Assembly: GCA_043228905.1 (NCBI GenBank)
Contig: JBHGNT010000018.1
Coordinates: 12,400,001 to 12,464,000 of the forward strand
Direction of reading: 5' to 3'
Origin: Azolla caroliniana
Lineage: Eukaryota; Plantae; Polypodiophyta
Length of the DNA: 64,000 nt
Both the position numbers and the translations under genes were made by a program. Each line of letters begins with the position of its first letter. Positions within the stretch are counted from its first letter, which is position 1. Shown in pieces: positions 51,201 to 64,000 of this stretch. The notes under the pieces are model-generated. The model saw only the letters and a list, made by a program, of their open reading frames with translations, did no database searches and was not told where the DNA came from.

Positions 51201-53795
51201 TCTTTAAAACACTGCACTCTTGCAATGGAAAGTTAGGGAAGTTAGTTCTGAGAGTATTTTCGCATTCCCATGTGGCATCTTTTATTGATTTATCCATCCA
51301 TTTTATTTTAAATTCTCGGATTTCTTTAGTACGTAATTTTTTTGTTTTAACATCGAGAATTCTTTTTGGTACATGTGGTTTAGAAGATAATTCTTCAGAA
51401 GTAACTAGAGTTTTAGTTGTAACTGTATTGTCGCCAAAACCTAGAAGTTCTTTTAGACGACTCACATGAAAGATTGGATGAATTTCAACACCATCGGGAA
51501 GAGCGAGACGATAGGCTGATGACTCGATGTGTTTGAGGACTATAAAAGGTCTACAAAACCGTGGGGCTAACTTAGCGCACTTACCTGTAGACGATGTCTT
51601 AGAATTGTGAGGTACACGTAAAAATACCTTCTGTCCAGGGTTGAATACACGAGGTTGCCTATGATGATTGGCATAAAAACGGGCTCTATCTTGAGTTGTT
51701 TTTATATTATCTGGTGCAATATGCAACATATCTTGCATATCCCGAAGAAAGTTTTGTGTAGTTCACAACTCATCATGATGTATATTAACATCAATCGGGG
51801 CTCAGGGCTGAAAACCATACATCAACATAAAAGGACTATATCCCGTCGACGTATGCTTGGAGCTGTTATAAGCAAACTCCAAAATTGGGAGATAACGTTC
51901 CCATTTTGTTGGTTTTGCACCAACATATGCTTGAAGCATGTCCTCAATAATTTGATTTACTCTTTCTATTTGTCCATCGGATTGAGGATGATCCGTGGAG
52001 CTCATGCTCAACGTAGTTTCTAACTTCTTAAAGACTTGCGTCCAGAAGTCACTAGTAAATTTTGGATCTCGATCACTCACGATATCCATCGGTAACCCAT
52101 AAAAACAAAATAACTCGTCAACGAATTGGTAAGCCAATTCAGGAGTTATTACCGTGGTTTTAGTAGCAATAAATCTAGTCATTTTAGTTAGTCGATCAAC
52201 CTCAACCCAGATGGCATCATGGCCTTTCTATTGCAAGAGTGCAATGTTTTAAAGACGAGGGGGAGTATGTTATGGGCATGACCATATAATATCCCATAGT
52301 GAGAATTTACCGTAGTATTCTATACACGTGGATAAGTGTGAGGGTTAAACAAAAGTGTAAAGAAGGGGAGGATTACTTTTAATCCTCGGGATTGAGACAA
52401 CCCATTAGGCCAAGTGTGAACATGGTTGTGGGCCTTGGGTATCGCTATAAATAGAGGCCTAGCTACCCTCATTTCAGAGCTGGTTGACTACGTAGAGACT
52501 CTGTCTTGTGGTGGGTCAACTCTTGTAGTGAGCGCGCCAACACTAGGTACGACTCGACGCCACGATGGTGGTATGGGACGCCGATCGAGGCTCGAGTCCG
52601 TCTTGATCCCTTCGCTTGGGGGTGGTCGGGTGGATCAGCACCCTTCTTTCTCTCTCTCCTTTCTATCTATTTAGCTTTATTCTATCCTTATCTAATGCTT
52701 ACTTTAGTTCATGTCTCTAATATTGTTAGGGATAGTTGTTTTCCTTCCGGCCCTGCGTTGCCCAAAGTGACAACTAACGTCTCCCAGCTATCCGGGAGGG
52801 AACCGAGCAAGAGTAGAGCAAGTACCTCATCGGCGAGAGGTACTTCCAATGAGGTTTCCTGGTGAATCAGCCCCTGGAAGGCATTCATGTGCTCCGCCAT
52901 ACTGGAGCCGTCTTGGTACCGAAGCCTCACTAGCTTCCGGAATACCGAAACCCGATTAAGAACATTTTTGTTCTGAAACATAATGCCGATCTTCTCCCAA
53001 AGCTCATGAGCCTTGCTCTCTTGATTGAAGTTGTTGTATAGGCTCATGTGGATGAAACACCATATGTATGCCGTTGTCTTCATGTTCATCACCTCCCATA
53101 TTGTGGCTTCGATTTTGTCTGGTTTCTTGTCCCCAAACTGAACCGGCAACCAAAGATCTTTAACCACCAGCATGTCCCTCATCTTCGACTTCCACACTGA
53201 GTAGTTGGAGCCGATGAGCTTGAACATGCTGCCAAGTGAATCTTCCATTTGCTGTGTCATTTCGCTTTGATACCAGTTTGTAGAGAATATGCAGAATAGT
53301 GCTCGGCCACAACCGAGTCTTCAATCCCTTAATGATTATCAAACGCAGAAAAATGAGAAATGGAAGTAGGTACACAAACATAAGAGAATGCATAGGATGT
53401 TAACGTGGAAAACCCTAAACGGGAAAAACCACAGGAGCCCACAGACTCCAAACTATCACTATGTCGAGAGGAATACAACAGGTAAACACGGAGGCAACGA
53501 CCTCGTCCTCACACTCGTCCTCACACTCTGTTATGCTCTATACAACAGTTACACTCAATAACTCTGTACAAAATAATGACAACAACAACATAACTGTTTG
53601 CCCTAGGTCATATTTATACTCATATGACTTTCGGCCTATTTACAAGTATAGCCACAATGGGCTCTCTGGGACATATTTACATATATGTCCCTTCATCCGG
53701 TGAGAGGTTCTCACCGGGTCTACGTCATCCGGTTCTCACCGGGTCTTCCGTTGCCGGGTACTTGTATCCCATCCGGAGGGACCGAAATCCTAACA
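47929..53795 (-). mobile_element. Element E: Ty1/Copia, with the gag-integrase segment replaced by chromovirus C-family sequence
   Basis: LTRs 47929-48498 (small deletion after TGT) and 53279-53795; TSD CTGAC (47924-47928 / 53796-53800); PBS TGGTATCAAAGC with the gag ATG 3 nt later; RT LDVKTTFLHG, YVDDML; RNase H FTDSD. Confidence 0.93.
50912..52722. mobile_element. Rearranged family-C chromovirus: two 3' ends in opposite orientation
   Basis: Partial LTR 50912-51190, PPT and integrase/chromodomain (to ~52227) on minus; then pol end, PPT and a full 455-bp LTR 52268-52722 on plus. Confidence 0.9.
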
Positions 53796-54467
53796 CTGAC
53801 CTCGTGTTATGGGCTAGGCTGTCATGAAGGGCCGGAAGTTTGGAAAAGGTTACCCTTCGGACTTCAGTACGCCTTTCGGCTATCTTATGGATAGTCGACT
53901 CATTAAACACTACGTCCAAACTTCGGACGATTTGTTTGTTCTTAGGGTTCCACTATCTTATGCATAGTCAACTCATTAAACACTACGTCCGAACTTCGGA
54001 CGATTTGTTTGTTCTCAAGGTCCCAGAGTCGGTATCCGATCTCGAGGTTATTCAACTTGATGCTGGCCATCATCTAATTTCAAGAAGGTCAGATTCATAA
54101 TATTCCTGTATTTGACATGTATATTACTGTTCCTTTTCCGTTACACAAATTTTCAATTACATTCTTGGGAAAGAAAAACTGGACAAACCTAGCACTAATG
54201 GCTATTTAAATATCTCCTTACTACTACTTCGAGCCGCCACGCAAGCACAACTTTCAAGAAAAGAAAGTACACACATTTACAACAAGTGGTTGTGAAAAGA
54301 ATATGGAAAACAAAACTCTAAATAAGGATGAAGCGGTATATTTTCTCCACAGACGCGAGACAAACACAAAAGCATTCCGAGCATGTAACATTTTCCACAC
54401 ACTCGAACAACACAAGTGAACTGACACTGCCAACGACAAATGAGTTCTTCATCAACAAACAAAAACC

Positions 54468-55950
54468 ATGACGATTGAGATCACACCACAACTCAAGGCA
54501 TGGCTGCAACAAAACAGTCTCGTTCGATTTCTCAGGATTGCGGAAGCCGAGACAAATTTGATGGTAGAAAAAATAGGACAGGCTATCCAAATCGATCGCC
54601 TAACAACAAGGAGGATTCAAGATAGACTAGGCCTTAAACAAGAAGGCATATGCTATATGGAGGTCCTTTACGACAATATGCTTGACTTCTATGTTAGAGA
54701 ATACTCAACTTCGGTGAAGGAATACAGAACGCAAGGCGGCCCATATGCGTTCTTTTGAGAAGTGGCAAAGTTCCTGATGGAGATTGGATGCATGCATCTA
54801 AAGACATACGTTATGCCCAAGAGAAAACCTGAATTCATCATCACAACATATCAAGGTGTCAAAATTGATTAGGGATTCATCGCAGCAAAAGCAAAAGCCC
54901 CCCCCGTTGGGGTATTACTGCTCTCCAAGTGGGTAAAAAGATCCCACCGGTAATTGAGCAGGGGATATCGATTATAGACCCACCTCAATTGGCACTACCA
55001 GCAAGGAGGATCCCAAGAAAGGCCCAAACAATAGAGTTGTCGAAGGAGACAGCTAGGCAACGCTTGCTAGCCATGTTCCAGAGGGAGTAGCAGGAAGAAA
55101 CCACCCTGAGTGACGGCGGATACCACCCACCACCACAAAAGCCCCACCCAAAGAAGTATGACCCACACCTCGCGTGGTCAAACAAAAAGAAGGCCATGAG
55201 TCAGGATAGAGGACGAGGCAAGGAGTGTTGATAGATCACCATCGACAGCAGATAGGACCTAGGAAAAACGATTTGTCACGCTTCAACTAATGAGCACATT
55301 CTGTCGAAGAAACGATGACGTCTAGACAGGAAAAATGGTAAAGGACTACATAAACATTCTGCATCTAGGCTAGATACAAAGGTGGAAGAGCGGTTAAATG
55401 TGGTGCTGCCAAAACCAACGCCCGCAAGCCTACAACAAAAAGATTGGCACTAGAACAACCTAGCACCAGCCCAATCACCACTACAAAAGGGAAACAGTCG
55501 GAGGGATAAACATCCCTCATGTCTATCGAAATGGTGTAGGGATTTCCCAACTTTTCAGGGATCACAATGCAGTTCGCCACAATTTTACAATATGGATGTC
55601 ATAGCTTGTTGAATGGATGGGATGGTAGTTAACTTTTGCGGTAGGGAAGCTAGCTAAAGAACATGAAGAGTGAGTCATGATCCACAAGGCAATATTCAGA
55701 ATTGCCACACCAATTCAAACCAGTCAATATGGAACAGAAATATCGCCACTACATACAACATTGCGCGAGGTTTATAGGAGCTAGTCACAACACAAACGAC
55801 AACAAAGGACATGGTTCGGCTGAACAAAAAATTGCGCAAGGGCCACGAATGGCTAGCAATTCATTGCATAGAGGGAGAAGAACACATTAAATTTTTAGAA
55901 GGAAAATTCAAAGTAGGTGGACAAGCCGCAACGGGGTAGCAATCTAAAAT
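54468..55950 (+). pseudogene. Decayed homologue of the element B accessory ORF
   Basis: ITPQLKAWLQQNSLVRFL..LGLKQEG..YRTQGG..MPKRK..ITTYQGVKID aligns by eye with ORF 19337-20095. The 3' limit is approximate. Confidence 0.7.
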
Positions 55951-55957
55951 ATCATGG

Positions 55958-58900
55958 AAGATCTCCTCTTCAAGGTCGCCATGGAAGAACGTCGTCTTCA
56001 TGTCTAACTGCTCTACCTCGAGGTCCATGCTTACCGCTATGCTCAACATCGTCTGGGTGGAAGTCATCTTTACTACCAGGGTAAACATCTTGTCGAAGTC
56101 CATGCCCTTCTTCTGTTGGAACCCCTTCACCACGATCCTGGCTTTGTCTCTCGGGGGGTTACCAACATCTTCCAGTTTCAGCTTGTACACTCACTTGTTC
56201 CGGAGTGCTCGCTTTCCTTTCGGCAACTCCACCAATTCATATGTGTGGTTCTCATGCAGGGAATCCATCTCGTCCTACATGGCACTCAACCACTTGCGGC
56301 TATGGGTGTCATCCTTTGCTTCTTCGAAGCTTTCCGGCTCCCCCTCATCGGTTAGCAGCACATGCTCTGCATCCGGAAATCTCCAGGGGACCTTCTTTCT
56401 CTGAGAGGATATTTGTGTCCTTGGCTTTCGGCAACTAGCTCCTTTGTTTGTTCTTCATCCGAATCTGATTCGAGGTCTTGGCTGGTTCTGGTTTCTTCTT
56501 CTTCTTCTGCCGGTTCGGTATCCTCACCGTAACCGGCCGGTTCTTTGAGTGTCAACTGGCTCTTAGCCGGGTAGGTCGGTATCTCATCGAAACGATCCTT
56601 ACCGGTCGACTCGGAGTTCATTATATTCTTCTCCGACTCCTAGTTGGCCAGGGTCTTGTCCTCCATGAAGATAATATCTCGACTCCGGAAAACCTTCTTG
56701 TCGACAGGATCCCACACTCGGTAGCCGAATTGATCATCGCCGTATTCGAGGAATATGCAAGGCCGGGACTTTGGATCCAACTTTTCTCTCCAGTCCTTTG
56801 CAACATGCATGTAGGCGAGACACCCGAACACCTTCAGATGCCGATTAGACATTTCCTTACCGGTCCACACTCTCTTCGGCGTGTCTCCGCCCAAGGGCAC
56901 TCAGGGTGACCTGTATATCACGTACATTGTTGTCGCTAGCACCTCAACCCAAAACGTCTTGGGTAACTTTGCATGTGCCAGCATACTCCGGACCCTCTCT
57001 ATTATGGTCTGGTTCATCCTCTCGGACATCCCGTTTAGTTCTGGCGTCTTCCGCAAGGTAAATTCGAGCTGGATTCCCTTCGAGCGGTAGTACTCCTTGA
57101 ACTACCCCCGGTATTCTCCTCCGTTATCTGCTCGAACCACCTTTAGCTTCCGACCGATTTCTCTTTCCACTCTTGCGTGGAGCACCTTGAAGACGGATAA
57201 CACCTGATCCTTCATCTTCAACGGTGTGGCCCACAGCTTCCAGTTGTGGTCATCTATGAACGTCACGAAGTACTGCGATCCATCATGTGACTTCGTGTCC
57301 ACTTGACACACATCGATATGCACCATCTCCAGTGGTGCATTACGTCTCATCGATGGTTTTGATCGGAAGGACATCCGATTTTGCTTACCGACCAGGCAGT
57401 CGGTGCACCTCTCAAGATGCATGTCCTTCACCAGAATGAGGTTGTCATTGGCAAGCCTCTTTATCCCCTTCACACTCATGTGACACAGTCTCTTGTGCCA
57501 CAGCTCACCGGTAGTGTTAGAGGCCACGTTCACTTCTTCCGGGCATAACCGGGCATTCATCAGGTATAGTGTGTTGAACTTTTGGGCCCAAGCCACTATT
57601 AGGCTCCCTTTGCTGAACTTCATAACACCGTTCTGGAAGCTACCGGTGTAGCCTTCATCATCTAGCCGACCGGCTGATATCAGGTTTAGTCAAACCTCCG
57701 GAACGTGTTGAACATCCTTCAGTAGCAGCTTGCATCCGGTTGGTGTTGTCAACCACACGTCTCCTATGCCGACAATTCGGCATGTACCTTCATTCCCCAT
57801 CCGGACACAGTCGTGATCACGAGCCGTGTAGGATGAGAAGCATTTCTGGTCCGGGGTCAGGTGGAACGACGCTCCAGAATCGACAACCCATGTTGTCTCG
57901 TCGCCGGCAAGGTTCAACTCACTCTCCTCGGTGATGAGCATCAACTCTTCTTCACTTGCCGTGATTGCCATCGTTCCCTTCCAGTCCAGTCCTCGCCGAT
58001 CCGAACCATTTCGGTCCAGTGACTTCTTCGCATCGGTACTGCCGGTTCCCTTATCTTTCCGGAAATGCCAACAGTTCTTCTAGAAGTGCCCCGGCTTGCC
58101 ACAATAGAAGCAAGTGGGCGTCCCCCTTGACTTTGATCGTGTCCCCGACTTTTCCTGATTTTGGGGACTCCGATTCCTTTGTCTTCCGTGTTCCGATTCG
58201 GTAAGGAGCGCTTTGGAGTCGGAGCTCGTATCCTTGTCTTTCCGATGCACCTCCTCATCTAACAAGCTTGACTTGACTCTTGCTAGGGATAATTGTTTTC
58301 CGTCCGGCCCGGCGTTACCCAAAGTGACAACTAACGTTTCCCAGCTATCTAGGAGGGAACCCAGTAGGAGCAATTCTAGTACCTCATTGGCGAGAGGTAC
58401 TTCTAATGATGTTTCCTGGTGAATCAGGCCCTGTGGAGCCATCTTGGTACCAGAGCTTCACTAGCTTCTGGAATACCGAAACTCGATTAACGGCATTCTT
58501 GTTCTGGAACATGATGCCGATCTTCTCCAAGAGCTCATGAGCCTTGCTCTCCTCGTTGAAGTTGTTGTAGAGGCTCATGTCGATGAAGCACCGGATGTAT
58601 GCCGTTGTCTTCATGTGCATCACCTCCCACATCGTGGCATCGATCTTATCCAGTCTCTTGTCCCCGAACTGAACCGGCAACCAAAGATCTTTAACCACCA
58701 GCATGTCCCTCATCTTTGACTTCCACACTCAGTAGTTGGAGCTGGTGAGCTTGAACATGCCGCCAAATGAGTCTTCCATTTTCTGTGTCATTTCGCTCTG
58801 ATACCAGATTGACACGAAATATGTGGAATATTACTCGGCCACAACCGAGTCTCAGATCGTGTTGTTTCGAATCAAACACCAAGAATGGGAATTGAGGTGA

Positions 58901-59346
58901 ATACATATACACAAGACAATATGAGAGAGGGTACATAGTATGTTAACATGGAAAATCCTCAGAGGGGAAAACCACGGGAGCCCATAGACTCCAAACTATC
59001 ACTATGTGAAGGAATACAACAGGGAGCACAGAGGCAATGACCTCTTGCTCTCAACCTTCGCCTGGCGGCGGTTACAACAGAGACACACTCTCTATATCGC
59101 TCTCTCTCTCTCTCTCTCTGTTACGCTCTGTACAGTAGTTACACCAATAACTCTATACAAAATAATGACAACACACCTTAAACCTGTTTTCCCTAAGTCA
59201 TATTTATACTAATATGACATTCGAGCTATTTACAAATGTAGCCACAATGGGCTAACAGAAACATATTTCCATATATGTCCCTTCATCCGGTGAGAGGTTC
59301 TCACCGGGCCTTCATCTTCCCATCTAAAGGGACCGAAATCCTAACA
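55958..59346 (-). mobile_element. Element G: Copia of family E, 3'-truncated within RT
   Basis: 5' LTR 58810-59346, PBS TGGTATCAGAGC, gag, CFYCGKPGH, VVDSGASFH, integrase, RT up to GDLEEEI. Confidence 0.9.
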
Positions 59347-60224
59347 AGAAGTATGTGACAAAGGTGCTTCAGTGGTTCAACATGTCACATATGAAACTGG
59401 TTGGATCGACACTCTCAACAAACTGTAGGTTATCAGGTAGGCAAAGCCCAAAGACGAAGGCAGAGAAGGCGGATATGATGAAGATACCATATGCCTCTGC
59501 CGTCGGGAGTTTAATGTACGCAATGGTGTGTACCAGACCGGATATCAGATACGCAGTCGGAGTTTATCAACAATCCCGGCAAGGAGCACTAGAATGCGGT
59601 AAAATGGATACTCTGGTACTTGAAAGGCACCTTAAGTATGTGTCTCCGGTCCCTCCGGATGAGATATGTGTACTCGGCAAGGAAGACTTGGTGAGAACCG
59701 GATGATGAGTACCCGACAAGGAAGACCCGGTGAGAACTGGATGACGCAGGCCCGGTGAGAACCTCTCACCGGATAAAGGGACATATATGTAAATATGTCT
59801 TTGTTAGCCCATTGTGGCTACATTTGTAAATAGCCCGAAAGTCATATTAGTATAAATATGACCTAGCGCAAACAGAGGATGTTGTTGTTGCATCTTTTTG
59901 GTGTAACAATTGTATTGAGCGTAACACAAAGAGAGAGAGAGAGACCTTGAACAGTCTCTGTTGTAACCGCCTGTTGGCAAAGACTGGGAGCACAAGGTCG
60001 TTGCCTCTATGCTCCTCTTGTCGTATTCTTCTAGACATACTCATAGTTGGAGCTAGTGGGCTCCCGCGGTTTTTCCCGTTTAGGGTTTTCCACGTAAACA
60101 TCCTGTGTACTCTCTCTTGATCTATTGTTTGTGTGTATACATGTACTTCTCCTTATTCCCATCTTTCTATGGTTGATCCTAAGACTCGGTTGTGGCCAAG
60201 CAATATTCCGCATATTTCGTGTCA
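59347..60224 (+). mobile_element. Fragment H: family-E Copia in opposite orientation (RT end joined by deletion to the 3' LTR)
   Basis: PYASAVGSLMYAMVCTRPDI at 59355-59650, then the reverse complement of the E/G LTR from ~59648 to ..GTGTCA 60224. Confidence 0.85.
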
Positions 60225-63200
60225 TAGTGGAATAGATGTGCGTTATGTGCGTATATGTGTGAGAGAAAAAGAGAGGAGAGAAAAGAGAACTCAAAATAGA
60301 TAAATGAGAGGAAAATAGAATACTCAAGAAGAAGGTGTATATTTCACAAGTAGAATAAGATTTACAAAATATAGCATAACAAGGAGTCAGAATCGACTTA
60401 ATATGAAGTAGGAGAAGGGTGCTTTATATATAGTCACCCTCTCTCTTCATTAACTAACTACAACAACTACTCTCTCTTGGGGAATGTGAAGATTCATAGT
60501 CATGGGGAATATGTAACTCATTAGTTATGTGTCATAGAATATGATTCTATGACACATAGTTAATGTGTAGAGAGTAGTGGTGTGACTCTTGACCTTTGAG
60601 TAATCATGGATTCTCAAAAAGTGTGTTCACACGTTGTACTACGTTGAGCTTGATTCTCAACACGCCCCCTCAAGCTCAACTCAAGTTGGTTCCTTTCGGT
60701 TGATGTCCGCTTCGGCTGGTATCTGGTTCAAACGATCTCCGGTGTCCGCTTCAGTTCGTACCCGGTTCGGATGGTATCCGGTTCTCGCTTGTACTTCCCC
60801 TCAAGCTTGGCAAGTCAAGGATCGTCAATCCTAGGTTTGACATGAATTGCCGAAGCTTGTTGGCTCCAAGGGCTTTCGTAAAGATGTCGGCCATTTGAAG
60901 ATTCGTGTTGATGTGTAGAAGGTCGACATCTCCAACCTGAACACGCTCTCGAATGAAGTGGTGGTGCACTTCGATATGCTTTGTGCGTTCGTGGAACACC
61001 GAGTTCCGAGCCAGATATATATTGCTCATGTTGTAGTAAATGGGAGTAAGATTGTTCATGGGAATACCCAGATCCTTCGAAATCCTCTTGAGCCATATGA
61101 CTTCACATGCAGTTATAGTCGTGCCCCTATATTTGGCCTCCGTACCAGAAATAGCTATGGTTGGTTGCATCTTTCTGCTCCAAGATATTGCTTCGTTACC
61201 GAGCGAGAAGACAAATCCGGAGGTCGATCGTCAATTAGCTCTGTAGCTGGCCCAGTCGGCATCCGTGTACCCTTTGAATTGAATTGGTGTGGCCGATGCG
61301 TAGAGTATGCCATAATTCATTGTGCCGCTCACGTATCGTAATACTCTCTTAGCGCAATCAAAATTGATATCTCGCGGAGTTTGCATGAATTGGCTAAGGA
61401 GACCGACTAGATAGTTGAGGTCAGGTCGTGTGATCGTGAGATAGATGATGCTCTTGATCAGTTGTCGATATTGAGTCGGCTCGCACTTGTCTGTGCCAAA
61501 GTCAGCATCTAGTTTAAGGTTTCAATCGAGAGGGGTTGACACAGATTTGCACTCAGTCATCCTGAACAGGCATAACAAGTTGAGAATGTAGTGTCGTTGA
61601 GAGATCATAATGCCGGTCAGAACCTGAATTACTAAGATGCCTAGAAAGTAATGAAGTTCCTTCATGTCCGTCATCTCGAATTTGTTGGAGAGGAGGGATT
61701 TCACATTGTTGATGTCGACTAAACTTTCTCCTCCAATGACAAGATTATCCACATATAGGATGATGACAATCAAGCTTCTAGAGTCGTTTCATACGTAGAG
61801 GGAGTTGTCGGATTTCGACATTCGAAAGCCGATTTGATGAAGATATTGCCTAATCTTCGAATGCCAAGCATGCGGTGCTTGCTTGAGGCCGTAGAGAGGC
61901 TTATTGAGTTGGCATACAGGTTTTGGATGAATGTTAGATTCGAAGCTGGGTGGTTGTACCATGTACACCTCTTCTAATTCTCCTTGAAGAAAGGCATTCT
62001 TGATGTCCATTTGGTGGAGGTGCCACCCTTTCGCCACTACGAGTGCGATCACGATCCGCACAATCTTCATCTTTGCCACCGGGATAAATATCTCTTCGTA
62101 GTTGACTCCATGTGTTTGTGCGTATCCTTTTGCCACGAGTCAAGCTTTGTGGTGGTTTACGGAGCCATCGGGGTTATACTTCACCTTGTAGATCCATCTG
62201 CAGTTGATCGCCTTCTTGTGCGGTGAGTGGGAGGCAAGATCCCATGTCTTATTTTTGGGGAGTGCTTGCATCTCCTCATTCATCGCTTCAACTCATCTAG
62301 GGTCCTTCCCGATTTCAAAAAACGTTTCCGGCTCTCGTACTGTCGCTACCTTCCTCATAAAGGTGTAATAGTACGCCATATAATCGTTGTAGCCGAATCG
62401 GCTTACGGGGTTCTTTTCACGAGTGGATCGGCGAAGCTTCTCGTTTGCGGATACTAAGGCTTTCTTCACTCCATTTGTCCGTATGTCAAGGCCTTCGAGC
62501 TCACTATCGAGGGAGTGAGTCGATTCTTAGCCATCAAAATGATCGTCTTCATACTCCGGCATTTTCGCCTTCCCTTTGTCTAGCTTCAAACTCGGTTGAG
62601 ATGTGCTTTGATCACTCGGAGGCTCTTGTGGCCCACTAAGCCTTGTTGTAATTGGGCTTTCTTCAAACATGTGCGTGAGCCGATCATCGGCTTCTATCTC
62701 TATTTCAGTGGATTCCGGGTCGAGTGGAATTAGTGTCAAAGTTTTCTCTGGTGCGTACCAAGATGCGAACTCGTCTAAAACGACGTCTCGATTTATTCGA
62801 GATTTTAGAGTTGAGGGGTTATAACACTTGTACCCCTTTTCCTCCAATGAGTATCCTACGAGGATACATTTCTCCGACTTCGGGTCAACCTTTTGTTGCT
62901 TCTCATCGGGGATGTGCACGTATGCAATGGAGCCGAATATCCGAACATGTGATAGATCCGGCTTCTTCCCAAAAAACTTCTCGTGCAGAGTAAGTTTGTG
63001 CACACCCGATGTCGTACATTGATTCATGAGGTATACGGCCCAGTATGACTTTTCGCTCATCATGGCCCGTGCTACTTCGAGGATGTGCCGATTCTTTCAT
63101 TCAGCGATTCCATTTTGTTGTGGCATATGTCGACACCAAAACTCTCGCCAAATTCCTTCTTTCCGTAGAAAAGCGGAAAATTCATCATAGAAGTACTCCT

Positions 63201-64000
63201 TGCCTCCATCTGATGGAAGACATCGTACATGTCGGCCAGTGGCTTTCTCGACTTCATTCTTAAATTTTTGGAAGTGTCTGAACACTTCGCTCTTTTGTTG
63301 TATGGGGTAGATCCAGGTGTGCCTGGAGAAGTCATCGATGAAGGGCACGTAGTATCGGCATCCGCCGAATGTAGCCGTCTGAGCCGGACCCCATACATCG
63401 GAATGAATTACGTCGAGTACGCCTTTGCTCACATTCTGCTACTTCAAAAATAGGTGTCGATGCTGCTTGCCGAATTGGCAAGCAGCACACACGCCTTGAA
63501 TCTCTTTCTCCTTGAATGTCGAGAGCCTGATGACGACTCCTTTCGATTGCATTGCCTTGAGCTTTTGGAGGTTGATATGGCCAATCCACTTATGCCATAA
63601 CTCTATGTCAAAATCGGCTTTCTTAGCCTTTGTGAACATGGCCGATTTCATCTCATGCGAGTCAAGATGAACATCTGTCCCTCTCTTCGTCCGCGAGCGA
63701 TGAGTCGGCCCTCTTTTTCGATGAAGGAACCGCCTTGATGAAATCGTACTTGCATCCCTTCCTCTACAATTTGGCCGACGGAGACCAAATTCTTTGTAAT
63801 GGTTGGTACATGCAAGACATTCATAATAAAAGTTTGGTTACCTTCTTTGCTGAATGGGACATTGCCGATGTGTCGAATCGGATGCGTAGTGTCGTCTCCG
63901 GTTTCGACATAGCCGGGTCGTTCCAGCCCTCGAAGTTCTCAGAACCATTCTTGATGAGATGTCATATGGTTTCAGGCACTGGAGTTGACGAACCATATGT
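60225..64000 (-). mobile_element. Element I: Copia related to D, running off the window end
   Basis: 3' LTR ending ..TTCTCAACA 60662 with adjacent purine tract; RNase H, RT, integrase and protease fragments similar to D. The left LTR boundary is uncertain. Confidence 0.9.

Larger units (their letters stand above)
47506..54040 (-). mobile_element. Fragment F: old Copia piece (integrase C-terminus to RT start) split by Copia E; own sequence ~47506-47928 and 53796-54040
   Basis: DVVFNE at ~53900; NKTWDLV..CKWVY..YKARLVAKGFRQQYGV at 47506-47700 on minus. Confidence 0.75.

Overview
A gene-free, eukaryotic, transposon-packed window. It is probably from a non-seed land plant such as a fern, lycophyte or bryophyte (inferred from the Tcn1-like chromovirus and Copia types). 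Nearly all 64 kb resolves into nested, decayed retroelements, most bounded by readable LTRs and target-site duplications (TSDs). A chromovirus (A, ~1230-37598, +) contains a Copia (D, 2975-8002) and a captured Copia fragment (K). K contains a large non-chromoviral Ty3/Gypsy (B, 10034-35176, -, TSD AAGAG), which in turn holds an L1 LINE, a solo LTR, a captured piece of its own family and a second chromovirus (C). To the right lie a second L1, a non-autonomous LTR element (J), a decayed relative of B and several Copia copies. No intact host gene or intact gag-pol was found. The most unusual signal is in element B: it has no polypurine tract, and where the PPT should be it carries a 17-nt copy of a tRNA-Arg 3' end ending in CCA, 2 nt before the 3' LTR. 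B therefore has tRNA primer-site-like sequences at both inner LTR boundaries in opposite orientations, suggesting tRNA-primed plus-strand synthesis. Other signals are co-varying Tf1-like self-priming duplexes in A and J, a conserved accessory ORF in the B family, a solo LTR with Pol III A/B boxes, and TG...TA LTR ends in family C. tRNA identities and lineage names are from memory and were not checked against a database.
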